A stretch of 64,000 bases of DNA, from NCBI GenBank assembly GCA_965223295.1, contig CBDCWC010000002.1:64001-128000 (forward strand), in the 5' to 3' direction. The position numbers and the translations under genes are program-made. This document shows, one piece after another, positions 51,761-60,454 of the stretch. The notes under the pieces are model-generated. The model was not told the DNA's origin, did not search any database, and saw nothing but the letters and a program-made list of their open reading frames with translations. The DNA comes from Nitrospirales bacterium. GTDB taxonomy: Bacteria; Nitrospirota; Nitrospiria; Nitrospirales; UBA8639. Each line of letters begins with the position of its first letter. Within the stretch, counting starts at the first letter, position 1.

Positions 51761-51985
51761 GGGAGTGTTGAATAATGAGGATATCAAAGGTCGTATGTCG
51801 GCATAAAACCCTTGGCGATCAATAGCGCCGGGTCTGTTCAAAATAGTCCGCTCGCCTGCGCGAAGCCGCTTCGGCGAAGCCAAGTCCAGCAAGGCCACAG
51901 CCATTTTTGCGCGCGGAGCGTACGGGCAGTACGTGAGTACGGAATAATGGCGAGAACGTTGCTGGCGGATTTTTTCAATCGATCC
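51761..51985 (+). mobile_element. MITE-like repeat copy 6 (left extension, core with nested hairpin)
   Basis: GGGAGTGTTGAATAATGAGGATATC...GGGTCTGTTCAAAATAGTCCG, inserted CTCGCCTGCGCGAAGCCGCTTCGGCGAAGCCAA, then core, right end GATTTTTTCAATCGATCC. Confidence 0.8.
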
Positions 51986-52090
51986 GTCATCATTGTGAAT
52001 CTGTCTGGTCCTTTGGTAAGGTGAACCGCATTTTTCGTCGTCAATTCAATACATTCATCAACAGTAGGAATTGTAAAGGAAAGACCTGGC

Positions 52091-53779
52091 ATGAGTGCGA
52101 ATGATAAGCAAGTTATTTTTTCTTTAGTAGGTGTTGGCAAAATTCACCCCCCGAAAAAGCAAGTGCTGAAGGATATCTATCTGTCATTTTTTTATGGCGC
52201 GAAGATTGGTGTGCTGGGTTTAAATGGGTCAGGAAAAAGTACACTTCTGCGAATTATCGCGGGTGTCGACAAGGACTATGTCGGAGAAATAACTTTTTCG
52301 AAAGGCTATTCAGTCGGACTCTTTGAACAAGAACCGCATCTTGAGTCGGGGAAGACTGTGAAGGAAGTTGTAGAAGAGGGTCGTGCCGAAGTTGTCCAAT
52401 TGTTGCGGGATTATGAAGATGTCAGTCAACGATTCGCAGAGGAGATGACTTCGGAGGAGATGGAAGCGTTAATTGAGCGGCAAGGGAAACTGCAGGAACA
52501 AATTGAGGCTGCGAATGGTTGGGAATTAGAGCATCAATTGGATGTAGCCATGGATGCATTGCGCTGTCCGCCAAAAGACGCGTTGGTGGATGATTTGTCA
52601 GGAGGGGAACGTCGCCGAGTGGCCTTGTGCCGTTTGCTCATTCAGGAGCCGGATATTTTGTTGCTGGATGAACCGACGAATCACTTAGATGCTGAGACGG
52701 TGCAATGGTTGGAACAGCATCTTCAGCAATATAAAGGCACCGTGATTGCGGTAACCCATGACCGCTATTTTCTTGATAACGTGGCAGGGTGGATCTTGGA
52801 ACTCGACCGTGGACAAGGGATGCCATTTCAAGGGAATTATTCTTCCTGGCTAGAGCAAAAGAAGGATCGGTTAGCTAAGGAAGAAAAATCTGAATCGAAA
52901 CGACAGAAAACTCTTGAGCGGGAACTTGAATGGATTCGCATGTCACCCAAAGGCAGACAAGCTAAGGGTAAAGCGCGAATGAGCAGGTATGAGCAGTTGG
53001 TGGGGGAAGAGCAGGCTAAACAAGTTGATGATTTGGAAATTTATATTCCGTCCGGTCCCCGATTGGGTGATGTGGTCGTGGAAGCAGAAAATCTTGCCAA
53101 AAGTTTCGGTGAAAATTTGTTGTTTGATCAGTTGTCTTTTTCCTTGCCGAAAGGTGGGATTGTTGGCGTGATTGGCCCAAATGGAGCCGGCAAATCCACT
53201 TTGTTTAAGATGATTGCTGGGCAAGTCACGCCTGATTTCGGGACGTTAACCTTAGGTGAGACTGTCAGATTGGGTTACGTCGATCAAAATCGACTGATCG
53301 ATGACGCGTTGAATGTGTGGGAATGTATTTCAGATGGCAAAGAAACGGTAATGCTAGGAAAAGTCGAAGTGAATTCCCGAGGGTACGTGTCCCGATTTAA
53401 TTTCTCTGGGTCGGATCAGCAAAAAAAAGTGAAAGATCTTTCTGGTGGTGAACGCAATCGTGTGCACTTAGCCCGTATGCTGAAAGAAGGAGCCAATGTG
53501 TTGTTATTAGATGAGCCGACCAACGACTTGGATGTGAATACGTTGCGTGCTCTCGAAGAAGGGTTGGAGCATTTTGGAGGTTGTGCGGTGGTGAGTAGTC
53601 ATGACCGATGGTTTTTGGATCGTATTGCCACACATATTTTAGCCTTTGAAGGCGATAGCCAAGTAGTATGGTTTGAGGGGAATTATTCAGAATATGAAGC
53701 TAATCGGAAAAAGCGGTTGGGGAAAGCCGCTGAAAGCCCCCATCAGATCCGTTATCGCAAATTAACCAAATCTTCCTAA
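52091..53779 (+). CDS. ettA: Energy-dependent translational throttle protein (ABC-F)
   Basis: 562 aa; two ABC domains (GLNGSGKS, GPNGAGKS), LSGGE, ELEWIRMSPKGRQAK linker. Confidence 0.96.
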   Translation: MSANDKQVIFSLVGVGKIHPPKKQVLKDIYLSFFYGAKIGVLGLNGSGKSTLLRIIAGVDKDYVGEITFSKGYSVGLFEQEPHLESGKTVKEVVEEGRAEVVQLLRDYEDVSQRFAEEMTSEEMEALIERQGKLQEQIEAANGWELEHQLDVAMDALRCPPKDALVDDLSGGERRRVALCRLLIQEPDILLLDEPTNHLDAETVQWLEQHLQQYKGTVIAVTHDRYFLDNVAGWILELDRGQGMPFQGNYSSWLEQKKDRLAKEEKSESKRQKTLERELEWIRMSPKGRQAKGKARMSRYEQLVGEEQAKQVDDLEIYIPSGPRLGDVVVEAENLAKSFGENLLFDQLSFSLPKGGIVGVIGPNGAGKSTLFKMIAGQVTPDFGTLTLGETVRLGYVDQNRLIDDALNVWECISDGKETVMLGKVEVNSRGYVSRFNFSGSDQQKKVKDLSGGERNRVHLARMLKEGANVLLLDEPTNDLDVNTLRALEEGLEHFGGCAVVSSHDRWFLDRIATHILAFEGDSQVVWFEGNYSEYEANRKKRLGKAAESPHQIRYRKLTKSS

Positions 53780-53788
53780 CACGATGAC

Positions 53789-54052
53789 ATGTCTTCTGGT
53801 CCTCCAAAAACGCCTGACTCTATGAAGTCGACTCCTGATTTGCCAGAAACTCATAAATCAGGACCAGTTATTGTTGCAAGGGTTCTGGGCATTCTGTTTG
53901 TGGCTGGAGGGTTTATGTTAGGCATTCAGGGCTTGGATCATCCTCAGTCTCCGATGCTTCCTACTGCTTTAGGCCTCATCGTTGCGGGGCTGGTTGCTCA
54001 GGTCTTTGCACTGATTCGGTCATGGTACCTGTATTCTCAACGAAACGTCTAA
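53789..54052 (+). CDS. Small 2-TM membrane protein
   Basis: 87 aa, two hydrophobic helices, 9-nt gap after ettA. Confidence 0.65.
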   Translation: MSSGPPKTPDSMKSTPDLPETHKSGPVIVARVLGILFVAGGFMLGIQGLDHPQSPMLPTALGLIVAGLVAQVFALIRSWYLYSQRNV

Positions 54053-54059
54053 GTCAGCA

Positions 54060-54512
54060 ATGTGGTCTGTTTTGTTGAATCGCACCGATAAAGATAGATT
54101 TGTGACGTACTGGGAGTTGTTTGTCGTTTTGGGATTGAGCCTGTTCATGGTGAGCTGTGAGCCCTGGCGCGACAGCTATCTTGATAAGGGGATCGGTGTG
54201 CTGACACAGCCGGAGGTGCGAGAAAAATTAGGAAAGCCCCATGCGATCGAAGATCCCTTACTGTCGGATGAAACCACATGGCGATACCGATATGTTCTGA
54301 CTGAAGGTGATTTAGATCCGTGGGGAATTAAGACCTTTGGGAAAGAAGCTGGAAGTGTCTTAAGTGGTCCGGAAGGAACCTTGAGGGAAAAGGTGTATTG
54401 TTATGTGCATGTATTAGTTTTTGATAAGGAAAAGGTGCTTCGCGAATGGGAACGAGAGTTATGCCAAGTTCCGACCCGTCCTAATCCTTTTGAACAAACA
54501 CTTTCTGAGTAG
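54060..54512 (+). CDS. Putative lipoprotein (SmpA/OmlA-like fold)
   Basis: Lipobox-like MVSC; EVREKLGKP...TWRY...LVFDKEKVLREW pattern. Confidence 0.7.
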   Translation: MWSVLLNRTDKDRFVTYWELFVVLGLSLFMVSCEPWRDSYLDKGIGVLTQPEVREKLGKPHAIEDPLLSDETTWRYRYVLTEGDLDPWGIKTFGKEAGSVLSGPEGTLREKVYCYVHVLVFDKEKVLREWERELCQVPTRPNPFEQTLSE

Positions 54513-54604
54513 AAGGGCTATCCTTCTGAGATTTCTGCTAGTAGAAGGCGTTTTCGAAGGAGTGAGCGTTATCTCTCGAACAAGCTATTCTAGGTACAAC
54601 TCTT

Positions 54605-54949
54605 ATGCCTGTGTTTAACAGCGGAGCGTTCCTTCAGCAATGTTTTTCCGTGCATCCCCTCACTTTGACCCTAAAGTTAGTCACGCCTCCTGCCCTTGTC
54701 GGGGTCGTGTGCACGAATTGTCGGATGAAACATCGGTTAACCGTCAAACAGGTAGGGCAAAAAGAAGGAGAAAATGCCGCAGTTGCTGAAGATGAGATGG
54801 GCGTATTTCAAGTATGCTACCAAACCCATTATGAAGATGTTCGTATTTCAGAGGTTGATGTGATCAAGAATCTTGTGGAATTTCGGTGCTTTCCTTGTCG
54901 GCGAACGTTTCGCTTTGATCTAGAGAAAATTGAAACACATCAACCCTGA
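54605..54949 (+). CDS. Hypothetical Cys/His-rich (probable Zn-binding) protein
   Basis: 114 aa; duplicated CxxxH...CxxC pattern (CFSVH/CTNC, CYQTH/CFPC). Confidence 0.7.
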   Translation: MPVFNSGAFLQQCFSVHPLTLTLKLVTPPALVGVVCTNCRMKHRLTVKQVGQKEGENAAVAEDEMGVFQVCYQTHYEDVRISEVDVIKNLVEFRCFPCRRTFRFDLEKIETHQP

Positions 54950-55013
54950 ACAGAGCCATACAGTTGTCACGAAACTTGAGATCCTGAGATTTACTGAGGA
55001 AGTACGAGGCTTG

Positions 55014-55047
55014 AACGCCCGCAACGAATTGCTCTGTTGCGGGCGTT
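55014..55047. terminator. Hairpin between convergent genes
   Basis: AACGCCCGCAAC-N10-GTTGCGGGCGTT. Confidence 0.6.
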
Positions 55048-55063
55048 TCAGAAAAAGAAGACC

Positions 55064-55699
55064 CTAACGGTTTGGCTGTGGCGTATAACGAAGATAAGGT
55101 TTGATGACCCGATGACCTTTAGGAAATAAATTTGGAATATCGGCATCGGCGACAGCTGGAGTAATGATACAATCTTCACCATCTGTCCAGTTTGCTGGCG
55201 TTGCCACTTTGTATTTTGCGGTGAGTTGCAGGGAATCCACCACTCGCAAAATTTCTTGAAAATTCCGGCCTGTAGAGGCGGGATAAGTGAGCATCAATTT
55301 GACTTTTTTATCAGGCCCAATGATGAAGACTGAACGCACCGTCATATTATCTAACGCATTGGGATGAATCATGTCATAGAGATTGGCCACCTTCTTGTCA
55401 GGGTCAGCAATAATGGGGTAACTCACAGTGCAATTTTGGGTTTCATTAATATCGTTGACCCAGCCCTTATGAGAGTCAATGGGATCAACGCTGACGGCTA
55501 GCACTTTCACATTACGTTGTTTAAATTCGTCCGTGATCTTTGCCATCGTTCCGAGTTCGGTCGTACAAACAGGCGTATAATCTTTAGGATGAGAAAACAG
55601 GATACCCCATCCATCGCCAAGCCACTCATGAAAGTTCACAGTGCCTACTGTGGTTTCTGCGGTAAAGTTGGGTGCTTCGTCGCCAAGTCGTAATGCCAT
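55064..55699 (-). CDS. 1-Cys peroxiredoxin (Prx6 family)
   Basis: FSHPKDYTPVCTTE, YPASTGRNF, VATPANW. Confidence 0.96.
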   Translation of the reverse strand: MALRLGDEAPNFTAETTVGTVNFHEWLGDGWGILFSHPKDYTPVCTTELGTMAKITDEFKQRNVKVLAVSVDPIDSHKGWVNDINETQNCTVSYPIIADPDKKVANLYDMIHPNALDNMTVRSVFIIGPDKKVKLMLTYPASTGRNFQEILRVVDSLQLTAKYKVATPANWTDGEDCIITPAVADADIPNLFPKGHRVIKPYLRYTPQPNR

Positions 55700-55938
55700 A
55701 ATGCCCCTCTTTTCTGTGAGAAGAATTGTGAATAAAGATATCTGGGTTTGAACTACCCATAATGTATGATCGTTACTCAGGAAGAAATATCAACAACTGT
55801 CTTCTGAGCTTGAGGAATACCGAAAGTCTAAGTCAGTCTCCTTGAGATGGTCAATATAGAGGCGAGGCAATACGTTTTCAAGAAATAGACTAGGGTTCTT
55901 TTTCGTAAACCTTATACACAAGGGAGGGATAGGACGGT

Positions 55939-56427
55939 ATGGCAGAATCTTCTTTGCAGGTCTCAGTGATCATGGGCAGTAAGTCTGATTGGGAGACCAT
56001 GAAATTAACAAGTGAAACGCTGGAAAAATTGGAAATATCTCATGAATGCAAGGTTCTCTCAGCTCACCGGGCTCCGGATGCATTGGTCGAGTATATTAGA
56101 CAGGCCGAAACGCGGGGCGCTCAAGTGTTTATCGCCGGCGCGGGGGGAGCGGCTCATCTAGGTGGGGTGATTGCGGCAAAAACTCAATTACCTGTTCTCG
56201 GGGTGCCTATGCAATCAAAGTCCTTGGGAGGGCTGGATTCGCTCCTCTCAATTGTACAAATGCCAAAAGGCATTCCGGTTGGTTCATTAGCGATTGGTAG
56301 TGCAGGGGCGATTAATGCTGCCTTATTGGCTGCAGCCATATTGGCCCTGGCTGATTCTGCCCTGGCAAAACGATTGGGTGCCTATCGTGAAGCGCAGACT
56401 CAGGCGGTATTAGCCGACCAATTATAA
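55939..56427 (+). CDS. purE: N5-carboxyaminoimidazole ribonucleotide mutase
   Basis: [31 protein letters not shown]. Confidence 0.97.
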   Translation: MAESSLQVSVIMGSKSDWETMKLTSETLEKLEISHECKVLSAHRAPDALVEYIRQAETRGAQVFIAGAGGAAHLGGVIAAKTQLPVLGVPMQSKSLGGLDSLLSIVQMPKGIPVGSLAIGSAGAINAALLAAAILALADSALAKRLGAYREAQTQAVLADQL

Positions 56428-56480
56428 TTGATACCTTGAAATTTTTTGCAAGCAGAGCTTTAAGCTTGTAAATGTGTTAT

Positions 56481-56696
56481 GAGCCTATTTAATAGTGATG
56501 ATAGCAACGGCTACATCTAGTCTCTGAATCTTAATAGGGCAGAGGCCTCGGATCGGTTCAACAAATTCCGCTCGTTTGCGTGGTGAAGCGCTACTGCGCG
56601 TAAACGCGCAAGCGGCTTTCAGCCTTCGTAGCCGCTATGGCGAAGGAGTCCCGGCGAAGCCAGGGAGCACCGCTGGTGGCTTTTTTCAAAAGACCC
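56481..56696 (+). mobile_element. MITE-like repeat copy 7
   Basis: Left extension like copy 4 (GAGCCTATTTAATAGTGATGATAGCAACGG...CAGAGGCCTCGG), internal module like copy 2 (GGTGAAGCGCTACTGCGCGTAAACGCG), right end CTTTTTTCAAAAGACCC. Confidence 0.8.
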
Positions 56697-56714
56697 TATA
56701 TTAATTTTTCATCC

Positions 56715-56942
56715 TCATGAGGGTTTTCTTTTTTCTTGGTCGAGTAATGCAAATCGAGGGATGCTTTTTCCTTCTATCTCGACTTTCTCATAGAACATGT
56801 CTAAGGGTCTGACCCATAATCCGCATTCACCATAGAGGGCTCGGTAGACCACCATCTGTTCTTCGGTCTTTGAATGTGTAGTAATACCGATGACTTGATA
56901 GGTGTTCCCTTTGTAATGACGATATGTGCCTGGTTGGATCAT
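56715..56942 (-). CDS. DUF1653-family protein
   Basis: GTYRHYKGNTY, MVVYRALYG, LWVRP, PRF. Confidence 0.9.
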   Translation of the reverse strand: MIQPGTYRHYKGNTYQVIGITTHSKTEEQMVVYRALYGECGLWVRPLDMFYEKVEIEGKSIPRFALLDQEKRKPS

Positions 56943-56987
56943 GTGATATTTCCTTGAAGAGAAAAGCTCGCTAGGACAAAGCTCAGA

Positions 56988-57791
56988 TTAGATTGGTGAT
57001 TGTTTGCACTGCTGTGGATGTTGTTGTCGATAAGAATGTAGCGCAATGCTACTCGCAACGGTGGCGTTCAATGGAATGGACGGGTGAATCTGAGAGATGC
57101 AAAATTGTCGTGAAAAGGGCAATGAAGGTATGCCCATGCCTTCTTCCCCAATGAGCAGACGAATGTTTTGAGGCCAAGTAAGAGTGGCGATATCTTCCCC
57201 TTGCATGTCCAGTGGGATAATCCATTGTAATCTGTCTGGTTGGTGTAATTCCGAGATTGAACACCCCAAGGTGAGTGGCTGAAAAAAAACGGCTCCACTG
57301 CTGGCTCGAATGACCTTGGGATGAAAAGGATGAACAGCCTCGCATAGAAGGACGACCCTGTGGACCCCGAAGGCCAGACAGGAACGAAGGAGGGCTCCTA
57401 GATTACCTGGATCGCCGATTGGACAGAGGACTTCTAACCCTGCGGGTGCTTGCGTGAGATCGAATGGTGGTAGAGAGGGAGTGGCGCAGACCATCAATGG
57501 ATCTTTAGTCCCGAAAATATCTAATTCATCATAGAGTGATTTAGATAATACAAATCTCTGGCCGCCGCAGGCCAGATCTTCATCGGCGTCATACTTGGGA
57601 GGTAGCAATATCTCGGAGAGAGAAATTTCAGAATGTTGGCTAAGTTCTTTTCTGAGTTTGGTTCCGGCTACGACACATTGCTGGTGAGTTTTGACGCCTT
57701 GGGAATCCAGTAGTGAAACCCACCGTTTAAATCGAGGATTCTGTCGGCTCGTAATGGATTGCACTGATCGCATAAGAATTGGAGATAGCAA
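56988..57791 (-). CDS. TrmH/SpoU-family RNA methyltransferase
   Basis: ITSRQNP, DPGNLGALLRS, RASSGA, GEEGMG, LNATVA; start possibly the Met at 57773. Confidence 0.9.
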   Translation of the reverse strand: MLSPILMRSVQSITSRQNPRFKRWVSLLDSQGVKTHQQCVVAGTKLRKELSQHSEISLSEILLPPKYDADEDLACGGQRFVLSKSLYDELDIFGTKDPLMVCATPSLPPFDLTQAPAGLEVLCPIGDPGNLGALLRSCLAFGVHRVVLLCEAVHPFHPKVIRASSGAVFFQPLTLGCSISELHQPDRLQWIIPLDMQGEDIATLTWPQNIRLLIGEEGMGIPSLPFSRQFCISQIHPSIPLNATVASSIALHSYRQQHPQQCKQSPI

Positions 57792-58004
57792 TGAAGGATG
57801 AAATATTTGCTGAAAGAGGTGAGGTTGGAAGGCTCTCCTGTTTTGGTGAACAACCGATTCTCACCCTCATCCTTGGTCCCTCTTTGGAATCAAGCCCTCA
57901 AGAGAGAAAGAATGTTCATAGGTTTCAGTTGAACGTTAAAACCCTGTAGTACTAAATTCTACAAAACCGCATGTTTTTTAGCCTAAATCTTAGCAAATCT
58001 GCCT

Positions 58005-58031
58005 TAAGAGACCTATAAAAATAGCCGATAA
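58005..58031 (+). promoter_or_regulatory. sigma28 (FliA)-type promoter
   Basis: TAAG-N15-GCCGATAA, one mismatch to the TAAA-N15-GCCGATAA consensus, about 110 nt upstream of the GGDEF gene. Confidence 0.7.
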
Positions 58032-58140
58032 CTGACTTAAACAGAGTTTTTTGACCCCTAAATACTGTGTTGTACGCGAGAAGCGATTATTGACTCTCTC
58101 TAAGTATCTCAACGTTCAGTACGTGTAACAGGAGACAGCT

Positions 58141-59292
58141 ATGTTTGGATCTTGGTCTGGAGGAAAAGCTGCTCAGAAAGATCAAACAACCGTGAGCCCC
58201 TCTAAGACACCCGCTTCGAATGGGACTACTCAATCAAAAGATTTTGATCAAGCTATAGAATCTTTGGCCAGAGTGCTGCGTTGTCTCGGACGACATTCAT
58301 TTGAATTAGAGCAGCAAACAGAAAAAGAAATTGAAAAAGAATTTGAACGATGGGCCATGCATGTGTTGGTTGGAGCGACGCTTCGCGATGAGGATTCCGA
58401 GACTGAAGAAGGGACGATTCGGCGTGACTGGGGGGAACTGGCCAAGTTTGTGAATCGGCATCGGCAACAAGAAAAAAACTATGTTGATCGTAATCTTCAA
58501 GATGTGCGAAATGTCTTGTGGGAGTTTACCAACACGGTCGGGCGTGCGATTGTTGAAGATAAAGAATCCGACCAGCAGGTGGATAGCTACCTTGGGCAAT
58601 TACGAGTAGCCACGGAGGCCGGATCGTTTAACGAGGTGAAGCATGCGTTGTTAGCGGTCGTTCAAGGGATGAATGCCGTCGTTGACGAAAGAAAAAAGCG
58701 ACAACAGCAACGGATAAAACGGCTGGGTGAAAAATTGAAGGCCGTTGAACAGGAACTGGGAAGTGCGCGAAAGGAAATGGAATTAGATCCACTCACCCGG
58801 CTCTATAATCGTGGGGCTTTGGATTTACAGCTAGAGCGGACGGTCGGTGTGAGTTTCTTTTCGGAAACTCCAGCCTGTGTGTTCATGGTTGATATCGACC
58901 ACTTTAAGCAAGTCAATGATACGCATGGTCATCCTGCCGGAGATGCTGTCATTCAGCAAATTGCGGATCGTTTGGTGTCGACGTTTCCCAGAAAAACGGA
59001 TTTTGTGGCACGGTATGGAGGTGAAGAATTCTGTATTTTACTGCCGGGAGCGAGTCTTGAAGTCTGTCAGCGCTTGGGAGATCGTCTGTTGGAGGCTGTG
59101 CGTCGTGAGCCTTTTCAGTACCAAGAGTTGAGCATCCCTGCCACGGTCTCTATCGGGATGGCAGAGTTAGTGCCTGGGGAATCTGTGCCAAGTTGGTTGG
59201 AACGGGCTGATCGGGCATTGTATCGAGCGAAGGAAAGCGGTCGAAACCAAGCCTGTATCGCACTTGAGACCGAAGCTTCAACCAAAAGTTAA
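58141..59292 (+). CDS. Cytoplasmic diguanylate cyclase (helical N-terminus + GGDEF)
   Basis: DPLTRLYNR, DIDHFKQVNDTHGH, RKTD I-site, RYGGEEF; AGGAG RBS. Confidence 0.93.
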   Translation: MFGSWSGGKAAQKDQTTVSPSKTPASNGTTQSKDFDQAIESLARVLRCLGRHSFELEQQTEKEIEKEFERWAMHVLVGATLRDEDSETEEGTIRRDWGELAKFVNRHRQQEKNYVDRNLQDVRNVLWEFTNTVGRAIVEDKESDQQVDSYLGQLRVATEAGSFNEVKHALLAVVQGMNAVVDERKKRQQQRIKRLGEKLKAVEQELGSARKEMELDPLTRLYNRGALDLQLERTVGVSFFSETPACVFMVDIDHFKQVNDTHGHPAGDAVIQQIADRLVSTFPRKTDFVARYGGEEFCILLPGASLEVCQRLGDRLLEAVRREPFQYQELSIPATVSIGMAELVPGESVPSWLERADRALYRAKESGRNQACIALETEASTKS

Positions 59293-59325
59293 GAAAGATT
59301 GCAGCCAGATATTCCGATCTCTGTG

Positions 59326-60312
59326 TTAAGTTGTTGACTCTTGGGTTTGTCCTGCCAGTTCTGTTACCGCTAAGCAGTGAATCTTCTCAATGTCTTCAAT
59401 CTTCCCAAGCCGAGTATGAAAGAAGCTGGCGATTTGAGGAATTCCTGTCATGATATCTTCTAAGATTGGTTCCCAGGCTTCTGGCTGAATGATTAACCGA
59501 GCTTGGCTTTTTTCTCTGACCATGGCAATTGCTGTTTCGGGTGTTTCTGTTACCCACATATCCGCGACGAAGCTGGATAAGGCCACGACATCGACCAAAG
59601 CCTGAAATTCCGGAGGAGTTTCAAACAATTCTGGAGTATGGCTATAAAGAATTGCCACTTGAAACTCTTCAGGCAGTTCCCATTGTTGAGCCAGCCATGC
59701 ACCAACTTGCGCATGGTCGACGCCCAGATGTTCGAGTTCAATCCGATTTAAATCAGCATGATTCTGAGGTGTGTGTTTCTGGATCGACTGCATTTCTCCT
59801 GTTGCGACTTCATGCAACGCCAAAATTCCAATATCCTGGAGGAGTGCCGCAAGGAACATGAGTTCGGTGTCAGGGTGGGACAGATGTTTCCCAATCGCTC
59901 GGGCGGTGATACTCGCAAAAATTGACCGTCGCCAATATTGCATATGGTCAATCGCGGAGTTAGAACTATCTTTGATATCTTTGATAAGACGATAAAAGCA
60001 AAATGAAAGTGCCAAATTGGCAATCTTTGAAAACCCGAGTAGCGTGACGCCCTGTAGAACGCTGGTCACCTTGTGACGCGTCCCTCCGTAATAGCCTGAA
60101 TTGGCCATAAACAGGATTTGTGCCGCCATCCCGGAATCTTGAACAATCAACTCAGCGAGGGTTGAAGCGTCTGTTTCTTCGTCTTGGCACATCTTGAGAA
60201 TTTTCGAAGCCAATGGAGATAAGATGGGCAGAGACTTGCAGTCTTTAATACGCTCCAAGATCGTGGCTGTTTCTTCGTGTTCTTCGACATCAAGCGGTAG
60301 TGACAGTTGCAT
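59326..60312 (-). CDS. HDOD-domain protein
   Basis: DSGMAAQILFMANSGYYG, LLQDIG, DHAQVGAWLAQQWELP. Confidence 0.9.
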   Translation of the reverse strand: MQLSLPLDVEEHEETATILERIKDCKSLPILSPLASKILKMCQDEETDASTLAELIVQDSGMAAQILFMANSGYYGGTRHKVTSVLQGVTLLGFSKIANLALSFCFYRLIKDIKDSSNSAIDHMQYWRRSIFASITARAIGKHLSHPDTELMFLAALLQDIGILALHEVATGEMQSIQKHTPQNHADLNRIELEHLGVDHAQVGAWLAQQWELPEEFQVAILYSHTPELFETPPEFQALVDVVALSSFVADMWVTETPETAIAMVREKSQARLIIQPEAWEPILEDIMTGIPQIASFFHTRLGKIEDIEKIHCLAVTELAGQTQESTT

Positions 60313-60392
60313 GGACAGATCCTTGGTAATAAGGGATTATCATTGTCAGTCGAAATTTACGTTCTCGTTTCTTTCTCTGATTCTGTTCCTCT

Positions 60393-60420
60393 GTTTCGGT
60401 TAGAACCCTGCTCAGCTTAA
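60393..60420 (-). promoter_or_regulatory. Putative sigma28-type promoter of the HDOD gene
   Basis: Minus strand TTAAG-N15-ACCGAAAC, about 80 nt upstream of the ATG at 60312. Confidence 0.5.
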
Positions 60421-60454
60421 GAAGAAGCTTGATGGTTCCGTGAGTAAAAGGGAA

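Noticed and set aside
52091-53779. ABC protein as the missing ATPase of the export operon
   Set aside because: It is the soluble ribosome-binding ABC-F EttA, has no TM domain and lies 41 kb away.
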